Positions 35,881 to 47,689 are shown, numbered from the stretch's first letter. The stretch is DNA of 50,027 nt from Chiloscyllium plagiosum (GCF_004010195.1 NW_025215112.1:7903-57929), one strand, 5' to 3'. Notes: generated by a model not told the origin, from the letters alone. Translations and numbers: made by a program.

Positions 35881-38249
35881 TACCCTGGGACAACAGAGCC
35901 TTTTTTTTTGTAGACATTGGGGTAAATACACGTGACGATGCGTAAAACTGTTAAATTGGTCAACTCAGTACTGAAGTAGAAGGCTGTAGATTTGCCAAGT
36001 GGAAAATAAAATCTTGGTCTTGCAGCATTTTTTTCAAACAGCGTGCATCTCCAGCATTTTTTTTTAACCAGTGTGCATCTCATTCCTTGTGCATTCAAAG
36101 TGTCTCCTGCAAGTTGTCTGCTGTGATTGGATACTTTGCTTTCTCTCAGCTCCTACCCACACTGCATTACAAGTGTCCCCTTTATTTTTAGGTGACCCTC
36201 TGTGTTCTTCCCATAAAGATGAATCACTGCTGCCGCCTCTGTCACAGGTTTCATCTGAAACTTGTCTGTTCGGTGGAGCAATCTTCTCATACTCACTTCC
36301 TTCACTATCCTTGATGAATCCCATCTGCTCGTCGTCAATATCACATGTTAGAGCTGAGATTCTATCCAAAATGTTCCTATTATGTCTGCAATCCATCTAA
36401 AATAGATCTTTTAACTACAAGTTTCTGTGGAGTGCAACTTCTACTATCCAGCTGAAATATGAATACATCAAATCCAAACTTCCATCTGTTAAACTGTCTG
36501 ATATTTCAGACAGGATGTGAACTTCGCAGTGAACGATGTTTAAATACGTTATATATATGTCTGATCTAGGAGAAAGTGAGGGCTGCACATGCTGGAGATC
36601 AGAGTTGAAAAGTGTGCTTGTGGAAAAATGTAGCTTCACCAGCTTTTCCACCATCACCATCGTCGATATCTATATGCATAACCGCCTGTGTATTGTCAAT
36701 ATGTGTATATATATGTGCGTATGTGCGCGCATATATGCATACGATTACGTACATATATTTTTAGTTATTTACGTCACACAGTTTCATGACAGTTTCATTA
36801 TTAATGCTCGTCTGATGCTCTGCAAATGTACTAGTTGCTGGTTCCTGAGAGAAAGCCGCTTTTACTTCACTGGAGGAATAAAAAGCAAGTACAGTGCAAT
36901 GGCCGGATATTCAACGAATTTTGACAATTTCAAAAAGTCAAATGCCATGAATCCTTTGGCATCAATAAAACTGTTCAGGATCACAGAGGGAGAAAATCAC
37001 CCTTTCTTTATAGATCGTCGATGGTGGGTCTGCAGCAAACCGAATGGAAGTGTAAATGGTGCGATAACTAAGATTCCAGGAGGGAAAGGAGGAGAGTACC
37101 CCTGAAGGGTATCCAAGACACAGTGAAAACCTTTCTGCCTGTGTGTTCTGTTTTGGTTTGATCAATTAAATATATGTTCTCGGGTGCGGAGGGGTAGGGT
37201 TGTGAGTTTTCAGTGTGGGACTGACGTGATCTGGTAATCCTGGAAACTGAGAACAGAAAGAGCCGATTTAAGCAGAGTGCTTTCTCAACATCTTCCCTTT
37301 ACTTGTTCCAGTCACATCTCCCTCTGGTTTTACTGATTCGCTCTTTGATATTGAATCTCTCCTTTCATCTACTCTGTCACTAAGTTTATTTTTGGTACTT
37401 CCGTTCTCAAACATCTGCCCGGCCACCTTAAATGTCTCTAGATTAATTTCAGGCCTGATCTGTCTCTCACTTTTCTCTGTTTTCATGGTAGGTCACCGAT
37501 GAGAATCCTTCACTTTATTTCTCTGCAAGCAACTGTCACTGGAGCTGCGAGTGTCCCCAGCATTTTGCAGTGTGAAGAAAGAATTCTGTAAAAAAGGACA
37601 GAAGTGAAATGCTGTGACACATTGTGAGACAGAATTAATTCACTGACACAAGGAATAAGGAACAAGCCAGAAAAAGTGCTGATTCGCCGACTTTCACTGG
37701 TTGGGTGCAGCTTCTATAATGTTTTTGTAGTTAGCACTGAGCTTTCTGCACTGTAATCTTCGTTTAAAATACAGATTGAGAATGACTCTGTTGTTGCTTT
37801 AAGAGTAATCACAATGGTCAGGGGTTCTTAATGGAACTAGATCTGTTGCTGAGTGGTTCTGAAGAGGGACTTACAGTAGTTTTAACCATGAATGACCCCT
37901 CTTCAGTTTTAAAGGTACGAAAAGTATCAGAAGAGGAGTGAAAGGGCTTTGATGAGCAACAAAGCATGAACGGAAAATGACTGAACAAATAATGAGTCAA
38001 AGTTTATTAATGTGTCACAATTTCTTGTTGCATCGTTTTTCTCTTTCGGAATGAATAAATCACAACTGCTTTTTCAAACGAGCACGGTAGTTTCTGGCTT
38101 TTACTGATGTTATAATTGCATTAAAGATATAATGTAGTGATGTGAATTCAAAGCTGCTGAGAAGATTTCTCATCCTTCACACAAACCATGTAGTAGGTGG
38201 ACTAGATCAGATGTCATCTGCTGCTGTGAAAGCACAGCCGGTGCTGTGT

Positions 38250-38330
38250 GACTACGTGGCCCAGAAATATGGCAATGGGCTACTAATTCATTATGCTTTC
38301 CACGCGTCGTTTCGAATCCCCCTCTCGTTG
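38250..38330 (+). pseudogene. tRNA-Ser(GCT)-derived relic
   Basis: gactacgtggcc...ggcaatgggctactaattcattatgctttccacgcgtcgtttcgaatccccctctcgttg versus GACGAGGTGGCC...GGCGATGGACTGCTAATCCATTGTGCTCTGCACGCGTGGGTTCGAATCCC..CTCGTCG. Confidence 0.8.
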
Positions 38331-38561
38331 CTTTAGGTGGTGGCGTTTTGTTTTACATGACTTCTGTTGAAGCAAACTCTCGAGACTCAGATCGTGAGAA
38401 CTGATANNNNNNNNNNNNNNNNNNNNNNNNNNNNNNNNNNNNNNNNNNNNNNNNNNNNNNNNNNNNNNNNNNNNNNNNNNNNNNNNNNNNNNNNNNNNNN
38501 NNNNNNNNNNNNNNNNNNNNNNNNNNNNNNNNNNNNNNNNNNNNNNNNNNNNNNNNNNNNN

Positions 38562-38728
38562 TGATCATTCATCAAATGGAGGCAACACGATCTTGTCACT
38601 TCAGGAAAATAAAGCCTCCCTTTCACATTTCCTCAAAGAAAGGAATGCACAGCTAGAGACACAAAATGGTTTATCAGCCGGGTTAGGAAAATGGCTTCCA
38701 GGCAAACCATGTTAACTGTTCCCCAACA
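38562..38728 (-). repeat. ERV-B 3' LTR (abuts N-gap); PPT at ~38732-38741
   Basis: Shares cctttcacatt, aggaatg and aggaaaatggcttcca.gcaaa..atgtta with 45490-45660. The minus strand reads aaaaagggg then ca-t-TGTTG. Confidence 0.7.
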
Positions 38729-38984
38729 ATGCCCCTTTTTAGTTTCATACTCGGAAAAGCAGGTCCGAGGCTTTAACAAATGGGGGATTTTTTTCCGAAC
38801 CAGGGGATTTGTCGGAGGGGAAATTTATATGTCAGGTGCGTAACACTCGGACTCTGAGTTGATAGCCTCCTCAAATCCAGGGCTTGAGAGTCCAGGCTTA
38901 ATGGTGACACGAGGGCTCAGCACGTAAATAAGTGGGCTTAACTAAGAGGGCTATAGGTGGGGCAGAGGGTAGCAATAATGAGCT

Positions 38985-39105
38985 GCAGATTGCGCAGCAC
39001 TCTTTGAGAAAAAACAATAAGGAGCGTGATGACTACGAGGGCAATAACCAGCACTATGACACTCTGAACAATGGCACTTCCCAAAGACCCGAACCACCCA
39101 CCCAT
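38985..39105 (-). pseudogene. env: ERV-B env transmembrane-anchor remnant
   Basis: Manual translation GWFGSLGSAIVQSVIVLVIALVVITLLIVF (membrane-proximal Trp plus hydrophobic helix), between integrase and PPT. Confidence 0.65.
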
Positions 39106-39329
39106 TCAGGTACAAAGATCCCAATGGGACTTGGCAATGGCCGCCTCTCGGATGTGTTGTTCAGGGGTTTTCTGGTCAGGTTATATCATCACATATTCCC
39201 CTTGGTGGAACGGATACGTGGGGCTATTACACAGTGTGGGAAGAGACTCATGGCTGTGGGTGATGACCTGGCACAATGATTTGGCTTAATCCAGAAGGAA
39301 CTCATGAATGAGAAGCAGTGCAACATTTG

Positions 39330-42300
39330 TGGGAAGTTTGGAGGGTCGGAGCCTCGTGGGCATTGGCCGGCCCATGAGTACCTCAAAGGGAGTTAGCCCG
39401 TATTTCAATTTATTTGTTTCCGGAGAGTGTAAATGGCTAGTTGCAATGCCACTGACTAGGGCAAACTTGTGTCCTGGGTGACATTGGTTAAAGTAGTTTA
39501 AAGGGCGCCACTCATCGTTTCCACCATCCCCAAGGACTGGGGCTGATACAGAATGTGGTGTTTCCATGTAATACCTAAACTTTTATCAACCCCTTTTTAA
39601 AACTCAGGAGTAACATGCGTCTGCCTGTCACTGTTATTAGTTTTCGGGACATCAAACCGAGTAATCACATTCTCTATGAGACACTTAACCACTGTTCCAG
39701 CATTATCCTTGCTTGTAGGGAAGCTTCCACCCATTTCGAAAAACATACCCACTGTGACCAGCAGGTATTTAGAACCTATTTGGCATATGGTCAAAGTCAA
39801 TCTGCAAATGATGAAAGTGTCCATCGGAGACAGGCAAGTGATCATACTTGGCCAGTGGTTTAACAATATTATTCTGTAGATATATCAGGCAGCAGGACCC
39901 TAGCGCTTGTGTTGTCGCAGCAAAGCCGGGAGAATACCAGCTTTGCCTTAATACATGTATTCCTGCGAGACCAACTCCATGGATAGCCAGTGCCAAAACA
40001 AGCAGTAGTGATCGGGGAAGACGGTTCTACCATTCGGGTGTTGTACTAGTCCTAAGCTGCCTGATTCCTCAGCCCCTATACGTGCCCAACCATCTTTCTC
40101 GGACTGAGGGGCGTCTCGCTGAGTGGCCAGTATCCCATTCGCCGCTAGGTCTAAAGCATCTTTTGACTTCCCCGTCTTGAGAGTTTGATAAACATCTACA
40201 GTGGGGGGTTAAAGCTGCTTGTTTGGCAGCTTGGTCAGGACGTGCATTCCCTCGGGATATTGGATCATCTGCAGCAGTATTGGCCGCACCATTAATCACA
40301 GCCAGAGCAGAGGGAAGCATTATATCCGGCAGAAGGTTGTTGACGAACAGGGCATGTTGCAGGGTTTCCCAAAGAAAGGAATAAATCCTCTATGTTTCCA
40401 TAGGGCTCCAAAATCATGTACCACTCCAAAGGCATACCTGGAGTCCGTGTAAATATTAACAGACTTTCTGTCACCTCGAATACCGGCTCTGCTGAGGGTA
40501 AACAATTCGGCTGCCCGCACAGAAGTCCCTTCCAGCAATACAGCTGCTTCGATGATATCAAAAGGTGTGCAGATCGCATATCCGGCCAAAATTTGATGGT
40601 CCTAGGGCCGAAAAGTGGAACCAACAGTGAAGACAATCATGCCAGGGTTGCCGAATCGGGTCTCAGAGAGATCAGGGCGGGGGGGTGACATCCTTTTGCA
40701 CTATATTCAAGCAATTATGGTCCACCTCAAGTGGAACATGGGTGTTTGGGAGAAGTGTGGCTTGATTCAGCGCAGGTGCATGTTGCAATGTAAGGTTGGT
40801 ACTGGATGGTAAGATAACCTCGTCGCCAGTTCTCCGTGATGCTATAAAATGTTGGGTTGCGGCTGAATTTAGCAGCAGGGAGACCGAATGAGTCAGAAAA
40901 ACAGTGCACGGATAATCCATCACAGTAGGTGGCAGACACTGGAGCTCACAGTGGGCGGCACGGTGGCACAGTGGTTAGCACTGCTGCCTCACAGCGCCTG
41001 AGACCTGGGTTCAATTCCCGCCTCATGCAACTGACTGTGTGGAGTTTGCACGTTCTCCCCGTGTCTGCGTGGGTTTCCTCCGGGTGCTCCGGTTTCCTCC
41101 CACAGTCCAAAGATGTTCAGGTCAGGTGTATTGGCTAGGCTAATTGCCCGTAGTGTTAGGTAAGCGGTAAATGTAGGAGCATGGATGGGTTGCGCGTCGG
41201 TGTGGACTTGTTGGGCCGAAGGGCCTGTTTCCACGCTGTAATCTAATCTAGGTGTGGACTTTTTGACCATTACAGCGGCAGCCGCCACAGCACGCAAACA
41301 GGCAGAAATTCCCATTACAACAGGTGGTAAACTGTACAGAATAAATGGCTACAGGGTGCCGGAGATCCCCATGCATCTGTGTCAAAATATCGGACGCATA
41401 CCACTCTTTTTTTGTGTACATAAAGCTGAAACGGCAGCCTATAGTTATGCATGCCCATGTGTCCATGTCACCCGGGTCGGCTGCTTTGGTGAGGAAGCCT
41501 GACGGAGAGGCACATAAACAATACGATATTCTGGGATCCAGTGTCTGCAATAACTCACCATGCCCAGGAAAGATGGCTGATTAGTACGCGAAGCAGGAGG
41601 ATAGAGTTTGACACTGGCTGCAAAGCGATCCGGAGATAAATCTCTGAGACGTGAGTAAGTTCGTATTGCAGGTGTTGCATTTTCTCCAGTGAGACTTTCT
41701 GCTCATCCTGAGCCAGCCAGTGGAGCAGTGCTACAGTGTCCGCCATGCAAGCCGCAGGCAAGTCTGAGGCCACAGGCAAATCATTGGCATACTGGATCAA
41801 GGTATTGTGACGTGGCAGGCAGAGGTACTTCAGGGTCCGGTGCACTGCAGAGCATACACAGTGGAGCTCTTAGTGTACCCTTGTGTAAGCTATGTCCATG
41901 TATATTGGCGACCGCCATAAGTAAAGGCAAAAATGTTCTGACTTTAAGGGGACAAGTTAATGGAGAAAAAGGCTGAGCAGATGTCTATAATTGAAAAACA
42001 GGTAGCGTTAGAAGGAAGGCTAGTAAGGATTGCATTTGCATCCGGACCCACTGAAGAGCAGGGAATAATGATGGCGTTAATCACTTTCAGGTCTTGCACA
42101 AAACTCCATCGACCTGGGTTACCTGGTTTGGGGCTTGGGAGTAGCGGTGTGTTGCAGCGGTTCACAGTGGGGAACAGGATGTCTTGTTGCAGGAGGGAAT
42201 GAATAATAATTTTAATCGCCTTGACTGCAGTCGGTGACAGATGGTACTATCTTATAGACGGCAAGGTGGACGCTAGTTTGACAGTGACCGTGAGAGGTGG

Positions 42301-43290
42301 AGCTGAAAACACGTGGATCGCCTCATTGGAACGTCGCACCCACAATGACAGAGGGAGAGCCTCAAGCAGCAGAGGGCAGGTCGGCGTGGGCGGTGGTATC
42401 CGCAGGACAAAAACCACAGGATCCAATACGGGACGACAAAGAATTCACAACTCCTCCGGTCCTTACTCAGCAACCTATAAGGATTCATGGTCGGACGTGT
42501 CTAGGGGCCAAAGTTCCCGCGGCAATTCCCAGCACAAACACCATTAGCCCCAAGTCCTGCGGGAGTGACGGCGCTTTAACCACAACCGGGATGTAGGGGA
42601 AGGAGACTGCGTCAATGCGGACAGTGGCTGCTGATCGGCATCAAATAGGACCCCCGTGCCAAGTCTTGCTACCCAACATAATAAAGCCCAGTCAAGTGGA
42701 GGGAAGACGGCAGATCGAGGCAGGGTCCCGCAAGGGCAGGGTAGGATGGTTCAGGGTAGATGAAGTACGCCGCAGCGCAGTAGAAGTCACGCAGAAAATG
42801 ACGTGTCTGTAGTATCCAGTGAAGGAACTAAAATGTGGGGAATGGCAGAGCATGCAGTAAAGATGGGAGAGAGGAGAGAAACGAGGCACGCACAGGGTTG
42901 TCGGTGGACGCCCAAACATAAAGGTAGAGAGTGGGTTAGGCGAGGAGGACAGATTAACCATAGAAGCATGCAGCAGGGGCAAACTGGAGCCAGGAAGCTC
43001 TGGTGTCAACCACTGAGGGGAACAGTGAATAGAGGCATTCAATTTGCATGGTATTTCGCGCCCCAAAAGGTCGATTGGGCTGGAAGGGGAAATTATAGCC
43101 CAGTCAGGCGCCGTGCCTGGACCAACACCAATAAGGATAGAATCTGTGATTTCTCGTGGGGTACTCCAGAGACACCCACAGAGTTAACAGTATCAGAGTT
43201 GACAAGAAGAGCCGCTGAAGGAGGTGCAGAAGAATGTGGGGCCCCGGAGTCCACCATACGGGGCCCCATCTCAACGTCTATCATGGGATT
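39330..43290 (-). pseudogene. pol: ERV-B pro-pol remnant
   Basis: Protease MVDSGA; RT CNTPLLPSPKPGNPGRWSFVQDLKVIN, FSIIDICSAFFSI and LIQYANDL (decayed YxDD); RNase H AAELFTLSRA and VNIYTDSRYAFGVVHDFGALWKHRGF; integrase HLQIDFDHMP and GLTPFEVLMGRPM. Confidence 0.92.
40953..41250 (+). mobile_element. HE1-type SINE, young copy inserted in ERV-B pol
   Basis: Full head gggcggcacggtggcacagtggttagc and (aatct)n tail. It splits the pol peptide VKKSTP / TVMDYPCTV. Confidence 0.95.
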
Positions 43291-43339
43291 CTCGGACGGG
43301 ACGAGGGAGAGCCGATTGAAGGGGCCTGCGAAAACTCCC

Positions 43340-44223
43340 TCATGGGGCAGCCCTAGGCTTGTGGGGCATGTGGGATGGGGTCGCCAAATGAGTAGCTGGG
43401 CGGCAAAGGCTGCCGCTGTTCCGAGAAAACTGGTTGGGCTGAGGAACCCGCTGTGGCTGTGAAGTACGGGAGTCCCGTGCCCAGTGTCCAATGTTCCCAC
43501 TCGACCTGCACTGATTCTGGCTAATATCCGGGGAGAACTTCACCGCATCCTGGAAGCGGACATTCATGCCAAAATTGCTACTCTGCCCAGGAGCAGCACC
43601 ATCAGTGGAGTAGAAGAAAGTAGCCTCCCAGCTAGAAGGGACAGTAGCATCAGAACGAGCAGACTGAGCATTAGGACGCTGTGAAGTAAGTGAGGTATCG
43701 GGTAGGTGTGGAAAGGCAACAGCCCCAGCGCCTTGAGTAGCATCCCGACCGTGCAGCCTGGAGGCCACAAGAGCACCAATTTCATCAACCTGAGAGTCCG
43801 AGTCTGAGGTAAGGACGGAATGTTTCGGATACTGGATGGAATAAGGTGGAGAGGTGGAGGATGGGCTCTCCGCAGGAGTGGAAGGGACGGCAGCTTCAGT
43901 GGAACGCTGAGAGTGATTTTTAGTCTTGGGGGGCTGATGGCCTTTTTTAACTTCCTTAAACTTATCCAGACAGCCGAGCATGTACCCCGTGTCCCAGGAG
44001 GGATCCCAGTAAGCACTCTCAATATTTGTATGCCAGTAATCAATTTTATTCAACTGATAAGAGCCACAGTAAGGCCAATTGTCATGGCACCATACGTATA
44101 GATGGGAGGTGAAACGGGTAACATACCAGCTGTCGCCAGTCTCCTTGCAGACGGTGTCAGCTGGCAAGCCCCGGGGAATAAGAGGGTTTCCTACCCTACT
44201 CTTGCATCGAAACCATTTACCAT
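43340..44223 (-). pseudogene. gag: ERV-B gag remnant
   Basis: Long open frame with LNKIDYW...CLDKFKEV, late-domain-like SPPY and a degenerate zinc knuckle CRSSGNIGHWARDS directly upstream of the protease. Confidence 0.75.
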
Positions 44224-44240
44224 GGCGCTTTAAGATAGTC

Positions 44241-44938
44241 GCTGATGAAAATGCGTTGCTGGAAAAGCGCAGCAGGCCAGGAGCATCCAAGGAACAGGAG
44301 AATCGACGTTTCGAGCATAAGTCCTTCTTCAGGAATCTTTTCTAGCTCCTCCCCAAAATCCACAAACCTGACTGCCCCAGCCAACCATTGTCTCAGCCTG
44401 CTCCTGCCCCAGCGAACTCATCTCTGCATACTTCGACACGGTTCTGTTCCCTGTTAGTCCAAGAACTCCCCACCTACGTTCGGGACACCACCCACGCCCT
44501 CCACCTCCTCCATGATTTTCGCTTCCCCGGTCCACAACGCCTTATCTTCACCATGGACATCCAGCCCCTGTACACCTCCATCTCCCATCACGAAAGACTT
44601 AAAGCCCTCCGCTTCTTCCTTTCCCGCCGTACCAACCAGTACCCTTCCACTGACACCCTCCTTCGACTAACTGAACTGGTCCTCACCCTGAACAACTTGT
44701 CTTTCCAATCCTCCCACTTCCTCCAAACCAAAGGAGTAGACATGGGCACCCGCATGGGCCCCAGCTATGCCTGCCTCTTCGTAGGATATGTGGAACAATC
44801 CATTTTCCGCAACTACACCCCACCTTTTCCTCCGCTACATCGATGACTGTATCGGCGCTGCATCGTGCTTCTACGAGGAGGTTGAACAGTTTTAAAAAAA
44901 AAGCTCTGATCTCCAGCATCTGCAGCCCTCACTTTCTC
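44241..44938 (+). mobile_element. Internally deleted PLE (family A) inserted at the ERV-B leader/gag boundary
   Basis: 15-bp TSD cgctttaagatagtc (44226-44240, 44939-44953). PLE RT peptide FTMDIQPLYTSISH...QTKGVDMGTRMGPSYACLFVGYVEQ, with an inverted tail on the left and the sense tail tip on the right. Confidence 0.9.
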
Positions 44939-45471
44939 CGCTTTAAGATAGTCCTAGAGGAGGCAAAAGGACGGGGTCCGGCCTGGACGGCAGAATAGCA
45001 TTGACCTGCCCCGGAGGCCAGAGCTTCAATCAGCCCCATAGATACTCGCAAACCCATCGCCCCACCACGGAATCGCAAAGAAACACCTGTAAACAAAGAA
45101 ACAAAATAACCAAAACACACAAAGACAAACGACTTATCAGTACGAAAGAAGCGCTGTAACCACTCCTCAAGTTCTTACAGAAGCAGTGTTCGGTGCCACG
45201 GTCGTCTTCCGACTCGCCCCGGGGGATCAACCCGCGAGTTCTGGTCCGGTTAATAGCAAAAATACATTTAATGAGATCTTTCCCTTATTCTGTCTTGCCC
45301 TCAGGGAATCATCCGGCAAGGGTCAGGGCAGGAGCACGAGTGTGGCCAATAAAAATAATTTCGAGTGGCCCTTCACACTCTAACAAGCCAACTGAACACA
45401 AATTTAAGCACTGTCTATGAGAAAACAAACCCCACAGTAAATGAAAGTGCTGGTCCGGCTAACCTCGTAAA

Positions 45472-45489
45472 ATTGAACTGACTACGCCA
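45472..45489 (-). promoter_or_regulatory. ERV-B primer-binding site, tRNA-Ser-like
   Basis: The minus strand TGGCGTAGTCAG... lies next to the LTR, versus the expected TGGCGTAGTCGG for tRNA-Ser (3' end ...CCGACTACGCCA). Confidence 0.7.
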
Positions 45490-45660
45490 AATATTGAAGA
45501 AGGAGACAGTATCTTGAGAAGGAAGATAAGGATAACCTTTCACATTATTTCATAGTCAGGAATGTAGACCCAGCAAAGGTCTGGCTGAGGGCAGAAAATT
45601 GAACTCTCAGCTGAATCAGGAAAATGGCTTCCATGCAAATAATGTTACGTTTTCATCAAC
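45490..45660 (-). repeat. ERV-B 5' LTR (~170 bp)
   Basis: Direct repeat of 38562-38728, adjacent to the PBS. Confidence 0.7.
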
Positions 45661-45664
45661 TCTT

Positions 45665-47640
45665 ACAGATGACTGTGGTCTCCTTACAAATTTGTTTCTC
45701 AATTTCCCTGTTACTATTAAGGTGCTATAATGCAATCTCAATACGGAGATGCTTCCTTTCGTATTTCTCAGTTCCACCCAAATAACTTGCCAGGATTTCT
45801 TTCCGGCTCAGTACAGTTATAATGCTATTTCTTATCAAAAATGACATTCCCCTTCTCTCTTGCCAACCTTCTTATCCTTATCATAGCAATTGTATTGTGG
45901 AGCATTAAGATGACAGTGATTTCCATCCATGAGCCATGTTTATGTCATTGCTATGATATCGCAGTACTATATTCCCTGAGTACACCTGCCTTTCCTGTTC
46001 GGCCACTTGCAAATAAATACAGTTTAATTTATCAGTCCTATGTTGTACTCTGCTTTGTCACGGCCTACCCTGTTTGTTTGACTGACTCCTTCTCTCAACT
46101 GTACCAGCCTTAGATTGATATTTTTACTCAGTATCTCCCTGGATACCTCCCCAGCTTGCCAGTTAAAATCCTCCAGCTCACCTGCACCAAATATTCCTGC
46201 CATTATATAAGTGCCCTTCCAATCCAGGTGCACTCCATTTTTCTTGTAAGATTCATGTTTACCCAGAATCATTACAATGATTCAAAAATGTGAATACGTT
46301 TCCCATACACCATCTCCTCAATCATGCATTCATCTGCTCTATCCTCCTATTCTCACCCTCATGAGCTCACAACACTCGGAATAATCCAGGTGTTACAACT
46401 CACAAAGATGAAGTATTTCAATTCCTGCCTAACACTCTTCATCGTCCACCCTTTTCGCTTCTTTTGTTTTTTCCAATATATACAATGAACTCCAGCTCTT
46501 CCCGTTCTCCTTTGAGAACATTTTGCACCCTCTCTGAGACGTCTTTGATTCTGGCTCCAGGGAAGCAACACAACGGTCTGATCTTTCATTGCTAGCATCA
46601 GAAACGTCTGTTTATGCCTCCAAATACCTCGTCTACTCTTTGAAATTGACGTACACCTCATTAAGTTAACGCCATTCTCGATAGCAGAAACTTGGATATT
46701 GGTGCTACATTCCCCTGAGAATCTATCACATCAAACATTTTTTTTTCAAATCGGCATGCTTGTTTGGAATTTGGAGAGCCACAGTACACTCCTGCAGTAC
46801 TTGCACTCCTCTCTACCTACCTGGAGTTACTCCATTTCTGTGACGGCAACTGCGACATTCCTCCCTTCCTGTAACAGCCATGCATCGCAGCCCCTTCTAC
46901 TTCTACGTTGCTCATTACCTCTAACTGTCACACCAACCGTTCAATTCGATCTGATAGGATTCACAACAAACGGCATATATTGCAGATTAAGTTGTCAATA
47001 ACCCGTCAACTCTCCTGAAACTCCCTCATCGACCAAGAAGAACATGTCACTCTCCTAAGGGGTATTTTTGCTTCTTTCAATATGCAGATCCAGAAATGAA
47101 CACGGTCTTTTTCCTCTCCAAATCACTTCTCCAGGCTAACTTAATAGTTATGACACATATTTTCAGTTTTTTTTCGAAGAGACATATCTCAATAACATAT
47201 ATAATCACGAAGGAACTCACGCTATTGACTGGTGCATCCTTGCTGCAAGTCCCCAAGGCCACACTTAAAATTATTCACTTATGTTTTTCTGTGCTGTGAC
47301 CTCCCAAACAGGTTGCACCAAGATCAGTTGTAAAGTTACCTGTTTCTTAATTTTCCCAGATGCACTTCGATGTCCATCGACACATGGATTCAAAAGCAAA
47401 GGCAGCAGTGGCGCAGATTTACTGCTACGTCATTGATAAATGTAGTTTCCACTCTGTCTCTCTCTCGCGCTCTCTGTCTCATGCTCAGGCCATGTGCTGC
47501 CTTTGAGTGTTCCTCTCACTTTTAAAAGTGCCGTTGTTTTGACTTATTTTTCCCAAAGTTCCAAAATAATGCAACAGCATATAAAACAATAACTACTGCT
47601 CCTGGAATTCGAGGAAATCTTTTCCAAGACCTAACCTTCC
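45665..47640 (-). mobile_element. CR1 LINE 5' portion (ORF1 esterase-like and start of the ORF2 endonuclease), degraded
   Basis: YKKNGVHLDWKGTYIMAG (DGxH-type SGNH/esterase motif of CR1 ORF1) and VIWVELRNTKG...NREIEKQICK (CR1 APE). The upstream boundary is uncertain. Confidence 0.65.
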
Positions 47641-47689
47641 TCAAAACACAAGCACCATTTTACATCCAGCCATATTCCCGTCCTCAATC

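Larger units (their letters stand above)
38562..45660 (-). mobile_element. ERV-B: decayed, internally deleted class-I endogenous retrovirus
   Basis: Short terminal direct repeats, a PBS, a PPT and gag-pro-RT-RNaseH-IN-env(TM) remnants in order on the minus strand. Confidence 0.9.

Noticed and set aside
36536..37105. 189-aa ORF as a real CDS
   Set aside because: It runs through a PLE-tail remnant and AT/GT dinucleotide-rich sequence, with no coherent protein signature.
42803..43462. 219-aa plus-strand ORF as a novel antisense gene
   Set aside because: It is the antisense shadow of GC-rich ERV pro sequence and has no recognisable motif.
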